The notes: generated by a model not told the origin, from the letters alone. A DNA stretch of 24,634 bases from Promethearchaeota archaeon (GCA_048939765.1 JBHLPF010000041.1:1-24634), one strand, 5' to 3'; counted from the stretch's first letter, positions 15,091 to 24,634 are shown. Made by a program: numbers and translations.

Positions 15091-17271
15091 TCAGCGATTC
15101 ATGAGCCCTTGTAACACAGAGAGGACACTCGCTAATTCTTCGGTGGATGCTCCTCTACTGGAAAGCACTCGCTTTGCCCTAGCTGGTCCAATCCCATATA
15201 GTAGGAAAATGAGGGCTTCTAGCTCCGGATCGTAGATTCCTTGGTTGCGGGAGCAGTTTCTCGCTATATCCCCTATCTTCTTCGCGAGTTCAGAAGGGGG
15301 AAACCTTGGTAGAGGGAGTCCTGACAATTCACGATTTGATACATGATTATTCGTACTAGTGATATCGAATCTCCAGTTCAATAACTCCGAGTTCATGACA
15401 CCTAGGAGATAATCTAGGAGCTTGGATTCAGATCCATGGGAGAGAACGATATAGTTGCATGAATTTGCTAAAACAACACCAGAATCCACTGGTGCGAACT
15501 TCAGTCTATATCTCTGGTTCCTATTAGATATCTGCTGGCAGGCAATTCTAGGCCTTTTGGAATCTTCAATCCTGCTCGAGGTACCAATGCTCGAGTGGAA
15601 AGAAGCGGTATCTACGTACTCTTCGGGTCTGCGTCTGCCGGCTCTCAGACTGTATCTACCAATATGAGACCCTCTCAGCAGTCGAGCACCTTTGGTAGAT
15701 ATGTATCTCTTATGGAGTGTGAGATCGAATTCCCCTCTTCTATTGGAGAGCCATTCAAGTGAGCCAAGTATTGGGTTCGTGTGAAGATTCCTTAGTACCT
15801 GCCAGTCATCTCTCTCAATACGAGGTACTACCATAGATTTCCGAAGTGAGTCAGGAAGCTTATCAACCTCAAATGTGTAGCTCCGCCTCCTCCGAGCATC
15901 ATTCAACGTTGCAAGTCCGAAGGACACCTTGAGCTTCCTCGTAGTTCCCCCTCTCTTCAAGGCAATAATCGAAACTGATTGAGTGACATTCGCGAATAGA
16001 TTGTTACCTTCTGGAAAGTCATTTACAGCTTTGATTGAGTTCTCTAGGAGAAGCGAGCGACGCAGCTTCTGTGCAGAAAGATCGCCCAGGACAGTTGAAG
16101 GCACTATGAACCCGATTGCGCCCCCATGCCTTACTAGGCGTAGAGATCTCTCGATGAATAGCCTGTAAGTATCAAGAGTATGGCTGTTGGCCAATGTGTA
16201 CTCCTCTGAATTACGATAATATCTCAAGTCCTCCAGGAGGCTGGCCTTGTATTGCTCAAATCCGTCGGCATGAATCCTCCGAGTGCCAGATAATAATCGC
16301 TCGCGCATGAACTCGGCAAAGTTTGGTTTCAGTCGCTCGTAGGGCGGATTCATTAGCAAGGCATCGAACCCATCTCTTTCATCGAAAACCTCCGGGAATT
16401 GCGACCGCCATTCAAATGAATCTCGGGATTCTGGGTCCTTGAAATAGCCTTTATGATTCTCCGAGCCGTTCCAGCCATTCAATGAAATTAGGGAGTTGCC
16501 TTTCCTCAGAGTTCGCCCTAGACCGGTTGTCTGGGAATCGCCAACTTGCTCGCGGCACATAATTGCCAGTGAAATATCAGCAATTTCCAGAGCAGCTTGA
16601 TCCAGGTCCACACCGTATAGGTTGGATCTCATTACCCTTGCGACATCATGGATGGGAATATCGGGAAACTGCTTGCCACAGACTCGAATTGCGGAAAGCA
16701 GGAAGACGCCAGGCCCACATGCAGGGTCAACCAACAACAAGCTCTCGCTGAGAGATTCAAAACCATTCTTCTTTGCGAGGCTCTTGATCATTGGACGGAG
16801 AGTTAGCTCAGCTATGTAGTCGGAGACTTCTCGTGAGGTGTAGTAGGCTCCCAAAACTCTCTGCGGGATAGCAGGACTACGTCCTTCAGGTAGACGATAT
16901 GAGCCAAATGAGTGAACATGAGCAACAAGCTCCAGAAGATCATCGGAGGATAGGCGTGATATCCCATGTCCATGGTCATTGAACTCTACAGCAGAGAGTA
17001 TCTCCCTAGTAGCATCTTGTACGCTTCGTTCCCTGGCACTCTCGTTCCTTATTGACAAGGTCGGTATTTTAAAAACAAGTTCGCTAGCAGGAATTTGGTT
17101 CAAGTATGAGCCTGAGGACCAAATTTGTAGCGCACGATTCAATGCAGCGAGGCGTACTACTTCCGAATTGAAGGGAACTAACTCATTGCCGTCTTCTACA
17201 AACTGCCCAGTGGCCTCCCGTAGTTCACGAACTAGATCCCAGGCTAGGCTGCTAGACTCCAGCAATGTCAT
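15091..17271 (-). CDS. Gamma-class N6-adenine DNA methyltransferase (Alw26I/Eco31I/Esp3I family-like)
   Basis: GAYYT, DPACGPGVFL, GVDLD, GNSL, NPPY and GFIVP motifs. The C-terminal TRD contains RGEFDLT, CQQISN, LANSCNY and STNNHVSN. Confidence 0.9.
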   Translation of the reverse strand: MTLLESSSLAWDLVRELREATGQFVEDGNELVPFNSEVVRLAALNRALQIWSSGSYLNQIPASELVFKIPTLSIRNESARERSVQDATREILSAVEFNDHGHGISRLSSDDLLELVAHVHSFGSYRLPEGRSPAIPQRVLGAYYTSREVSDYIAELTLRPMIKSLAKKNGFESLSESLLLVDPACGPGVFLLSAIRVCGKQFPDIPIHDVARVMRSNLYGVDLDQAALEIADISLAIMCREQVGDSQTTGLGRTLRKGNSLISLNGWNGSENHKGYFKDPESRDSFEWRSQFPEVFDERDGFDALLMNPPYERLKPNFAEFMRERLLSGTRRIHADGFEQYKASLLEDLRYYRNSEEYTLANSHTLDTYRLFIERSLRLVRHGGAIGFIVPSTVLGDLSAQKLRRSLLLENSIKAVNDFPEGNNLFANVTQSVSIIALKRGGTTRKLKVSFGLATLNDARRRRSYTFEVDKLPDSLRKSMVVPRIERDDWQVLRNLHTNPILGSLEWLSNRRGEFDLTLHKRYISTKGARLLRGSHIGRYSLRAGRRRPEEYVDTASFHSSIGTSSRIEDSKRPRIACQQISNRNQRYRLKFAPVDSGVVLANSCNYIVLSHGSESKLLDYLLGVMNSELLNWRFDITSTNNHVSNRELSGLPLPRFPPSELAKKIGDIARNCSRNQGIYDPELEALIFLLYGIGPARAKRVLSSRGASTEELASVLSVLQGLMNR

Positions 17272-17567
17272 CTATGCAGCACCTAGGCCCTCATCGTGAA
17301 AAGGTTGCTGCTTCAGCGAACGATAGGTCTAGGAGCAGTGCGCTAAGAGACCCTAATACCTTGTTTTTCATGGTACTCGGAAACATGAAAAGACGGCGAT
17401 CCAGCTCACCTTGTGGCGGTTCACCAAAATTCGGAAATCTTATGTCAGGCCATGTGTATAGTATATGCTCACAGTGTTATTGTATCTATGACACTGCTTT
17501 GAAACTCTCTCAGTTCGTTTGAGAGAACACGACTTCTTAGATTTCAACACTCGTAGGAGGAGCACAA

Positions 17568-19466
17568 TTGGAAAGAAAGCATATGTTTGCCATTGTAATA
17601 GTAGTGATTGTGATTGTGGGAGTTGGCTCCATCCCTGTCTTGATAGGTCCGCCGACGACAATACCGCTGCAGGAAATATACATTTATGAAACAATTTGGC
17701 GCGGTCCTCGCTATTTCGACCCTCACATCGCCTACGACAGTGCGAGTGGCGAGATAATCGACCAATGCTATGAGACGCTCTATACCTACCCGTGGGGCTC
17801 AGGTGAGCGTGGCAATCATCCCGAAGTCAATCCCACTGTACCTCTCCTAGCTGCAGGTCCACCGACTATTACCGAGAACGGCACCGTCTACACCATTACA
17901 CTCAGGCAAGGCGTTACATTTGCGGATGGGACTCCATTCAATGCCAGCGCGGCTGTATGGAACTTCAAGCGAGCCATGAAGATGTTCCGTACCGCTGGTC
18001 CAGTGTGGATGATCGCCGAACCGATAAAGGGCGGACTGGCAGTGAAAGACGCAGCATTCACCTACGGTCCAACCTCAGATGAGTTCAAGGCTGCATTTGA
18101 TGCTTGGGACGCCACAGACGCAGTAGAAGCGACAGGCACCTATGAGATTACCTACAGACTGGCACAATCGGCTGCCTACTTCATTCCAGCAATGACCTAC
18201 ACGGTAGGCTGCATGATCAGTCCCACATTTGCCGAGGAGCATACATGGACTCCTGGTACCAAATATGGAGTGGACTATGGCGAAGAGTTCACCTACATGT
18301 ACAACCATACATGCGGCACCGGCCCTTACCAAGTCGTTGAGTGGAAGACTGATGAGTACGTTCACATGGTCCTCAACGAGGACTACTGGAGAGCCGGCAG
18401 GACTGAGGCTGCGATTGCACCTCCTGCATACGCTGGCTCAATCAAGGAGATATGGCGCCGGACCAACGAAGATCAGACTAACATGAACCTAAACCTCAAG
18501 ACTGGGATCGCTGACGACACTTACTGGCCGACAACACACGCCGATGAGATCTATGACAACATCACACTGGGTAGCAAGGATCCAAACATCTTCTTCAGAA
18601 CTGGTGGTACTGCGTTCGTGGTCATGGCATTCCAATTCCAGATGGGACTCATGAACTGGACTATAGGCACAAACACCTTCGAGACCATATCCCCATTTGC
18701 CTGGAGAGGGCTCAGGAAGGCCTTTGCCTACATTTTCGACTTTGATGCATTTATCAATGATGTAACGAGCGGTTGGTCATACAAGGCACAGGGTCCGATT
18801 CCAGGAGGAATGCTCTATCATAACGCGAGCTATTGGACTGAGCATTATGCTCCGGAGATAGCTGTCGATTACTGGAATGAGGCAATGCAGGATTCCGATT
18901 TTGTGGACGTAATGAACATGATCGAGGGCGAAATCCTGTATTACTACAATACTCAAGGGACTCTACATGGACAGTTCGCTACGCTGTTGAAGGAAGGTTT
19001 CGATGCCATGAAACTACTGCCTGGAATGAATACTACAGGAATAGACTACGATGTGAATTTCACGCCCATTGGGCTGGAGTGGGCCCAGTTTCTGTACCTA
19101 GGGTCTGATGCGGAAAACATGCTGCCTATGTGGCTCGTGGGATGGGGTGCTGACTACGCCGATTCTGACAACTTCGTGACTCCATTCCTGTACTCCAGAG
19201 GTACGTTCGCGCAGGAACAGCGCTACAACAATAGCGTGATGGATGACCTGATTATGCAGGCTAGGGCCGAAACCGATCCGGTTGCGAGGCAGGCGATATA
19301 CAACCAGATTCAAGACCTGGCTGCCTACGACCAACCATCGTTGTATTTGTACTCAGGCAAGGAGTTCACTACCTTCAGAGCGTGGCTGAAGGGCATTGGC
19401 ATGCGGTACAATCCTATGTCGTCGTACTACTACATCTACCACGTGTATAAGGACTACGAGAACTAA
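17568..19466 (+). CDS. ABC transporter substrate-binding protein, family 5 (DppA/OppA-like)
   Basis: TTG start after GGAGGAG; N-terminal membrane anchor; DPHIAYD, LRQGVTFADGTPFNA, GTGPY, GWGADYAD and RQAIYNQIQ motifs. Confidence 0.93.
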   Translation: MERKHMFAIVIVVIVIVGVGSIPVLIGPPTTIPLQEIYIYETIWRGPRYFDPHIAYDSASGEIIDQCYETLYTYPWGSGERGNHPEVNPTVPLLAAGPPTITENGTVYTITLRQGVTFADGTPFNASAAVWNFKRAMKMFRTAGPVWMIAEPIKGGLAVKDAAFTYGPTSDEFKAAFDAWDATDAVEATGTYEITYRLAQSAAYFIPAMTYTVGCMISPTFAEEHTWTPGTKYGVDYGEEFTYMYNHTCGTGPYQVVEWKTDEYVHMVLNEDYWRAGRTEAAIAPPAYAGSIKEIWRRTNEDQTNMNLNLKTGIADDTYWPTTHADEIYDNITLGSKDPNIFFRTGGTAFVVMAFQFQMGLMNWTIGTNTFETISPFAWRGLRKAFAYIFDFDAFINDVTSGWSYKAQGPIPGGMLYHNASYWTEHYAPEIAVDYWNEAMQDSDFVDVMNMIEGEILYYYNTQGTLHGQFATLLKEGFDAMKLLPGMNTTGIDYDVNFTPIGLEWAQFLYLGSDAENMLPMWLVGWGADYADSDNFVTPFLYSRGTFAQEQRYNNSVMDDLIMQARAETDPVARQAIYNQIQDLAAYDQPSLYLYSGKEFTTFRAWLKGIGMRYNPMSSYYYIYHVYKDYEN

Positions 19467-19477
19467 TAGTGGTTTCA

Positions 19478-19579
19478 GAAAGCACTCTACTGTCTGGCAA
19501 ATGTACAGTAGCTTTCCGTTGTCCACGAACTAGCTCCCTGACCAGACTGCGATATCAAAACAGCGACATCTGTAGTCTG
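19478..19579. terminator. Two stem-loops between convergent genes (possible terminator or RNA-stability element)
   Basis: GAAAG-cact-CTACTGT (19478-19493) pairs with ACAGTAG-CTTTC (19505-19516). CAGACTGC-GATATC (19543-19556) pairs imperfectly with GACATC-t-GTAGTCTG (19565-19579). Confidence 0.4.
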
Positions 19580-19618
19580 CTAAGTACTCATGATAAATAG
19601 GCTAATTCTCCATGATAA

Positions 19619-19987
19619 CTACTTGGCATCAGGATCTGAATGCATCATTCCCCAGAGGTTGCCTTCTGTATCTTTGAAGTAAGCTAGATATCCGACGCCG
19701 GGTATGACCTGTTTAGGTCGAACAATCTCACCGCCATTCTCTTCGACCAGTCTGACATACTTGTCAACATCATCAACATCAATGGTGTTTACGATTACAT
19801 CTTCAGAACTCTGACGCATACCGAAGGCTCCATCAATTCCTGGTTCCTTCTCATCTCCTGTCATCAAGAACCAGTATTCTATGGGACCATCCCATTTCTG
19901 AACTTTCCAGTTGAAGACCTTTTCATAGAACTTAGAGATGCGTTCAGGATCATCAGCCACTATCTCAAAATGAACCACTCGCCCCAT
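19619..19987 (-). CDS. VOC/glyoxalase-family protein
   Basis: VVHFEIVADD..FYEKVFNW, IDVDDVD..VEENGGEIV and GVGYLAYFKDTEGNLWGM. Confidence 0.93.
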   Translation of the reverse strand: MGRVVHFEIVADDPERISKFYEKVFNWKVQKWDGPIEYWFLMTGDEKEPGIDGAFGMRQSSEDVIVNTIDVDDVDKYVRLVEENGGEIVRPKQVIPGVGYLAYFKDTEGNLWGMMHSDPDAK

Positions 19988-20048
19988 TTTAATCGAGAGA
20001 TTGTATTAACAATAGTGAGTATTAAGGTCTCGTTCTCTGCTGCTTGTG

Positions 20049-20429
20049 CTAGCTGCCAGGTGCTGAACGACTTCGAAGCCAATCGCGGTATTTCTGTTCC
20101 TTCTTCTTTGCTTCGCGAGATCCTAAGACCAATCGCATCTCATCCAAGGGGAACTTTGGTGAGATGGTCTCATGGAGGTCATCTTCCAGCAAAATGCGTC
20201 TGTACGCCCGTTGGCCGTGGAGAGTTTCTTGTGTCAAGAAACCCTTAGCCACCATCTCATTGAGATATTTCTTGAATCCCTTGATTGTTGTTAGAGACCG
20301 GAATGACGAGAGCTTGATGTATCTCTCAAAGAGGATTAATTCTGTTTCAATGATCGACCAACCAAACGACCTAATTATGTCTAACTCAATTGGATTTGGC
20401 TTTTCAGCCAATTTTCCCCTATCAGGCAA
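20049..20429 (-). CDS. Hypothetical protein, winged-helix-like
   Basis: Probable TTG start at 20429 after GGGG. The segment FKKYLNEMVAKGFLTQETLHGQRAYRR fits a recognition helix plus wing; basic C-terminal tail. Confidence 0.55.
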   Translation of the reverse strand: MPDRGKLAEKPNPIELDIIRSFGWSIIETELILFERYIKLSSFRSLTTIKGFKKYLNEMVAKGFLTQETLHGQRAYRRILLEDDLHETISPKFPLDEMRLVLGSREAKKKEQKYRDWLRSRSAPGS

Positions 20430-20560
20430 TGTAAAACCCCAATGTACAGTTGACAAAAAGCTCATGCGGAATTCTAATAAAATTAGGGAAATGAGCGCCC
20501 AAAATATAGCCAAAAATCCGCAGTTGGCGCCGAATGAAAAGTAGAATCGTTCCTCAGATG

Positions 20561-21343
20561 CTAGATGCCTGGAATCTTGATTCGATTATAGAGGTAGGTC
20601 ATTATCCATGAGATTGCACTGATAAGAATAAGGAACACAACAGCGAGTATGAAATACACTGGAAGTACTTCATACGTCCTAGAAACAACCAGTTTTGATA
20701 CAAGAAAGAGCTCTTGTACTCCGACATAATATACAACTGTAGTATATTTGGGAAGATACACTGCCTCATTAGTCCATGCAGGTATTGCACGCCTGAGACT
20801 CTGTGGGAGCATAACATGCCTAATTTCTTGGCGCTTCGTCATCCCGATTGATATCGCCGCGAGTGATTGTCCTGATGCTATAGAACCCATAGCTCCTCGG
20901 AAGTACTCAGCCTGATATGCAGCACTGTTTAGACCTAGCATAATTGCACATAGGAGGATTCTGAGATCAAGTACCTTCTGTGGATTTCCCCAAAAATCCG
21001 GAATGCGTATTGCCCAACTGGTGTTAATTGTTGGTAATCCTTGACTCTCAAGGAACGCATTGATCACAGGAGGAACATAGACAACCAATATAATCTGAGC
21101 AAGCAATGGAGTTCCTCTGAGAAACTCAACATATCCAGAGGCAATCCTGGATACTATAGGACCACCATAATGTCGAGCAATAGCAACGAAGATGCCCAAA
21201 ACAAGGCCTAGAAGGAGGGCGAAAATATAGAGGCCCATCGTCATCATGAATCCATTGATCAAATCATCATAGTACGCCGAAATTCGTTCCCACCATGGAG
21301 CGCGTTGCAGCGCGCCAATGACTGATGACGTAATGATTGACAG
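20561..21343 (-). CDS. Polar amino-acid ABC transporter permease
   Basis: YVEFLRGTPLL, SAAYQAEYFRG and LPQSLRRAIP motifs. The frame extends to CTG at 21343, 7 nt after GGAGG; the ORF track starts it at TTG 21262. Confidence 0.92.
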   Translation of the reverse strand: MSIITSSVIGALQRAPWWERISAYYDDLINGFMMTMGLYIFALLLGLVLGIFVAIARHYGGPIVSRIASGYVEFLRGTPLLAQIILVVYVPPVINAFLESQGLPTINTSWAIRIPDFWGNPQKVLDLRILLCAIMLGLNSAAYQAEYFRGAMGSIASGQSLAAISIGMTKRQEIRHVMLPQSLRRAIPAWTNEAVYLPKYTTVVYYVGVQELFLVSKLVVSRTYEVLPVYFILAVVFLILISAISWIMTYLYNRIKIPGI

Positions 21344-21356
21344 GTGGAGCCCTCCA

Positions 21357-22124
21357 TTAATCAGAAATCTCTTCTTCCTCTGCTTGTCCGTAAAGCACCT
21401 CTAGTTGATGTAGGAAACGTTGGGCGCGCTCTGATTTAGCGCCTCTGAAGAAATGTTGAGGTGTGCCTCTCTCAACGATGACTCCAGCATCCATGAAAAT
21501 CATCTCATCAGCGACAGCTCGTGCGAATCCCATTTCATGCGTGACAACGACCATTGTAGTACCTTCTTTTGCGATATCAAGCATGACCTGCAACACCTCA
21601 CCTATCAGCTCTGGGTCTAATGCAGAAGTTGGTTCATCGAACAGAATCACGTCCGGATTCATGGCCAGGGAACGTGCAATACCAACACGCTGCTGCTGTC
21701 CTCCACTTAATTCTGCGGGGTAATGGTCACTCCAATCTTCCATACGGACATGAGACAATGCTTTGTGAGCAACATCATGGGCTTCTTCTTTTGTCATTCC
21801 GAGTACAAGTCGAGGCCCAATGCTAACATTGTCTATTGCTTTGAGATGTGTAAAGAGATTGAAATGTTGAAATACAAATCCAATGCGTGTCCGCAGTTTG
21901 CTAAGATTAGCATTGGGAGCCGTAAGACTCTCTCCGCGAAGGAGTATCTCTCCCCTGTCTGGCGGAGTGAGCATGTTGATTCCTCTTAGGAGAGTGCTCT
22001 TCCCAGACCCACTTGGTCCAAAAACAACCTTTACCTCTCGCTCCATTACATCAAATGAAATTCCTTTAAGGACCTCAAGTTGATCATATGACTTCCATAC
22101 ATCTATTATCTCTAGAACTTTCAA
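21357..22124 (-). CDS. Polar amino-acid ABC transporter ATP-binding protein (GlnQ-like)
   Basis: [36 protein letters not shown] and VTHEMGFA. Confidence 0.96.
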   Translation of the reverse strand: MKVLEIIDVWKSYDQLEVLKGISFDVMEREVKVVFGPSGSGKSTLLRGINMLTPPDRGEILLRGESLTAPNANLSKLRTRIGFVFQHFNLFTHLKAIDNVSIGPRLVLGMTKEEAHDVAHKALSHVRMEDWSDHYPAELSGGQQQRVGIARSLAMNPDVILFDEPTSALDPELIGEVLQVMLDIAKEGTTMVVVTHEMGFARAVADEMIFMDAGVIVERGTPQHFFRGAKSERAQRFLHQLEVLYGQAEEEEISD

Positions 22125-22127
22125 TTG

Positions 22128-22817
22128 CTACCTTCCTCCAAGCCCAAGTTGTCTAAGCTTCGAAGTCATACTCTCTCCTACGTATTTCGTGACTGGATAC
22201 GTAAATAGAAAGTAGATTATCGCGATTATCAGAATTATCTCAAAGAAGAGCTCAGGATAGACCCATCTGAATGCTTCACTTTGGTAGATTATCTCTTGTA
22301 CGCCAATCGCTACGGCTAATGATGAATCCTTGATTACAACTGCATACTCATTAGCCCATCCAGGTAACGATAGTCGCAATGCTTGCGGTAAGATGATATG
22401 CCTGGTAGCTTGCATATCATTCATCCCTACCGACTGCGCAGCCATCATCTGCCCAGGGTCGACGGACAGTATGGCACCACGGAAAATCTCAGATTGATAT
22501 GCCGCACTTCGCAGGGCTAGTGCAACCACCGCACCTACAAAAAGGGCACCAACCCCAGGACCGGCCCAGGCGAAAAATGCTGAAAGGCCAATCCCAAAAA
22601 CCATGAGCAGGACCAGCAGCGGGATTCCTCGAAATACTGTTTCATATCCTCGCGCGACCCATCCCAGTGGCCTTGGGCCGTAGACACGTATTAATGCTAA
22701 GATAATGCCTATGCCAAAGCCAGTTACTAGGGCAAGTAGAGTGAGAGCCATAGTGGTAGGGAGGCCCCGAATCATTATCAATATAAAAATATCAATGAGA
22801 TTCTGGGCCTCTTGCAC
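22128..22817 (-). CDS. Polar amino-acid ABC transporter permease
   Basis: FRGIPLL, SAAYQSEIFRG, GQMMAA, ILPQALR and IKDSSL; GTG start after GGTGA. Confidence 0.94.
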   Translation of the reverse strand: MQEAQNLIDIFILIMIRGLPTTMALTLLALVTGFGIGIILALIRVYGPRPLGWVARGYETVFRGIPLLVLLMVFGIGLSAFFAWAGPGVGALFVGAVVALALRSAAYQSEIFRGAILSVDPGQMMAAQSVGMNDMQATRHIILPQALRLSLPGWANEYAVVIKDSSLAVAIGVQEIIYQSEAFRWVYPELFFEIILIIAIIYFLFTYPVTKYVGESMTSKLRQLGLGGR

Positions 22818-22823
22818 TTCAGA

Positions 22824-23642
22824 TCACCCGAACCATTTGGCGATCATGTCATCTATGGTTCCGTCAGCGAATCCTTCAGCAATGGCACTATTTATTGCCG
22901 CTGAGAGCTTATCGCTGCCGTACCGTATGTAGAATGCTGTTGGTGGTGCAGGGACTGTGAAGATTATCTTGACGCTGTATACTGAGCCATATAGCCCAAC
23001 TATCGGCTCGTCAACGAATACATAGTCAAGAGTACCTGTGTCCAAGTCTGCAAACATGGTTTCAACGAGTGTATATCTGGTCAATGTCTCATTGACCCCA
23101 GCTATAACGGATAATTCCTCATCCTCCGTAGTTCCTGTCTGAACTCCACCATTGTAGCCATCTAGGTCTGCCAGATCGGTAATCTCGAGGACAGAAGATG
23201 CCTTCACAACGATTACCTCGTTGGTACGAATATACCAGACTAAAGGCTGAAGGACCTCTGCACGGGCTCTGGTGATGAAAGTCGCTGATGCAATCATATC
23301 GATTGTTCCGCCTTCACATGCAGCTATCAAAGCATCAAAATCCATGTCGATCCAGTTAACAGTTACGCCCATGTCATCGGCGACGTATTCAGCCAAATCT
23401 ATGTCAAATCCTTCCAATTCATTTGTGGTCGTATTGACCATTTCAAATGGCGGCCATCCTGAATTGGTTCCAACATTGATTGTACCACGGTCAATGATTA
23501 TGTCATAATCATCTGGAACCTCCTCAGGTGGCACAGCAAATAGCCCTGGTAGGAAATAGCCAACCCCGAGTCCAATACTGAGGCCGACTATAAGAACCAC
23601 GGCTATCATCATATTTCCGTAGCCTTGTGACAATTTTCTCAA
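22824..23642 (-). CDS. Polar amino-acid ABC transporter substrate-binding protein (family 3)
   Basis: N-terminal TM anchor; WPPFE, GFDIDL, FDALI, ITRAR and GVQTGTT motifs; TTG start after GGAGG. Confidence 0.93.
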   Translation of the reverse strand: MRKLSQGYGNMMIAVVLIVGLSIGLGVGYFLPGLFAVPPEEVPDDYDIIIDRGTINVGTNSGWPPFEMVNTTTNELEGFDIDLAEYVADDMGVTVNWIDMDFDALIAACEGGTIDMIASATFITRARAEVLQPLVWYIRTNEVIVVKASSVLEITDLADLDGYNGGVQTGTTEDEELSVIAGVNETLTRYTLVETMFADLDTGTLDYVFVDEPIVGLYGSVYSVKIIFTVPAPPTAFYIRYGSDKLSAAINSAIAEGFADGTIDDMIAKWFG

Positions 23643-23734
23643 TTCCTCCGGTTTAGCGAATCCGATGATTCACCCAAAACACCACATCAAACTACCTGAA
23701 AAGCGTTGTCACCCAAGTATAATCATGTAGTTGC

Positions 23735-24634
23735 CTAGAGCTTCTTGATGACCCAGTCATAGAATGCTCGAGTTGAATTGATGTAGTCCTCATCCAATCC
23801 CATGAACATCACCTGGAAGAGGTCGAATCCTAGGCCAATGAAATACTCAAACCGTTCGATGAGATCCTCTGGATATCCTACCCATGCGCCTGGAGCGTTA
23901 GCTCTGGCATATTCTGCAACCTCATCCACGGGTCGATTAAGAATCTCGGCCCGCTTCTTCCAGTGGTCATGTAGTACATCCTCATCCTTGGTCACGAAGA
24001 CGCCAGGCCATCCCTGCGCAAACAGACTCTTCCCAACATCGTCATAGTCTCTGCCCACATCCCTGCAGTGATTCCCAAGCACATCCAGTTTTCGTTCGAA
24101 GTCGGGACGCAAGAAGAGGTTACAGTAGTCAGCATACTTGACTACTGCTTTGAGTGTCCGCTTTTCTCCGTCGCCCCCAATAAGTATTGGAGGATGCGGC
24201 TTTTGAATGGGCTTCGGAGCAGAGAACGCATCTTCGATTGAGTAATGCTTGCCTTTGAAACTGGGACGTGACTCTGTCCAGAGGAGGTTGATTATCTGTA
24301 GAGCCTCTTCCATCATGTCCATGCGGACCTGTATCTTCGGAAAGTCATACCCGTAGGCTCTATATTCATCCTTTTTCCAACCGGCTCCATAGCCAAACCA
24401 GAGTCTACCGTTGGAGATCATATCGATCGAGGCAGCGATCTTGGCCAATAATGATGGATGGCGATACGAATTGCATGTCACCATGGTACCTAATCGAATC
24501 TTGGATGTCGTCGCAGCCAGAGCAGAAAGGAGAGTCCATGCCTCCAAGCAATTCTGATTCACGGAATTCTCATTGAGAAATAGATGATCACTACACCAGA
24601 AGGACTCGTAGCCAATCTTCTCCGCTTCTAAGGC
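23735..24634 (-). CDS. LLM-class (probably F420-dependent) oxidoreductase, 5' end beyond the window
   Basis: The frame is open to the window edge (ALEAEKIGYESFWCSDH). Motifs EAWTLLSALA, RLGTMVT..YRHPSLLAK, GAGW and PILIGGDGEKRTL. Confidence 0.92.
   Translation of the reverse strand, partial: ALEAEKIGYESFWCSDHLFLNENSVNQNCLEAWTLLSALAATTSKIRLGTMVTCNSYRHPSLLAKIAASIDMISNGRLWFGYGAGWKKDEYRAYGYDFPKIQVRMDMMEEALQIINLLWTESRPSFKGKHYSIEDAFSAPKPIQKPHPPILIGGDGEKRTLKAVVKYADYCNLFLRPDFERKLDVLGNHCRDVGRDYDDVGKSLFAQGWPGVFVTKDEDVLHDHWKKRAEILNRPVDEVAEYARANAPGAWVGYPEDLIERFEYFIGLGFDLFQVMFMGLDEDYINSTRAFYDWVIKKL

Noticed and set aside
15056-15160. Frameshift or readthrough fusing the m6A and m5C MTases, as in fused Alw26I/Esp3I-type enzymes
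   Set aside because: The m5C frame is open for a short overlap, but no slippery heptamer is visible. Readthrough of the TGA meets an in-frame TAG, and a two-gene arrangement is known for Eco31I.
17272-17567. Remnant endonuclease or controller (C) gene upstream of the MTases
   Set aside because: Only short ORFs without HTH or nuclease motifs; most likely a divergent promoter region.
19467-19618. SECIS element or selenoprotein recoding
   Set aside because: The flanking genes end in TAA/TAG with no in-frame TGA, and no convincing SECIS core was seen.
20001-20026. GTATTAA direct repeat and ATTGT-N4-ACAAT upstream of the VOC gene
   Set aside because: Short and AT-rich, overlapping the probable TATA region; cannot be distinguished from chance without comparative data.
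823-24047. The many 60-160 aa antisense or overlapping ORFs in the six-frame track
   Set aside because: They lie within well-supported genes and have no recognisable motifs; treated as shadow ORFs.
1-24634. CRISPR arrays, tRNA/rRNA, IS elements, integrase or att sites
   Set aside because: No periodic repeats, cloverleafs, transposase/integrase motifs or target-site duplications were seen by eye, and the intergenic gaps are short.

Overview
Gene-dense archaeal chromosomal window, most likely from an Asgard archaeon (Thorarchaeia-like). This is inferred from longin/small-GTPase fusion proteins, GGAGG/GGTGA Shine-Dalgarno motifs, an F420-type LLM oxidoreductase and N-sequon-rich surface proteins. 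From left to right it holds: a GOLD-like type I membrane protein, a CaCA cation exchanger, a 4-TM protein, ppa, a HAD hydrolase, and nadA divergent from an NAD kinase-winged-helix fusion that is followed closely by a beta-CASP nuclease with a long unknown N-terminal domain. The main candidate system comes next: two co-oriented paralogues with the architecture longin-GTPase-linker-longin-WH-WH. One has an intact Arf/Rab-like G domain, the other a motif-dead pseudo-GTPase, and both end in an NPRL2/GATOR1-like longin+winged-helix module. They flank an opposite-strand surface glycoprotein. After them come an Alw26I/Eco31I/Esp3I-type m6A plus circularly permuted m5C methyltransferase pair with no adjacent endonuclease, an orphan peptide-binding protein, a VOC protein, a small wHTH-like protein, a polar amino-acid ABC operon and a partial LLM oxidoreductase. 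No rRNA, tRNA, CRISPR array or transposase was recognised. All family calls are by-eye motif recognition; no searches were run.
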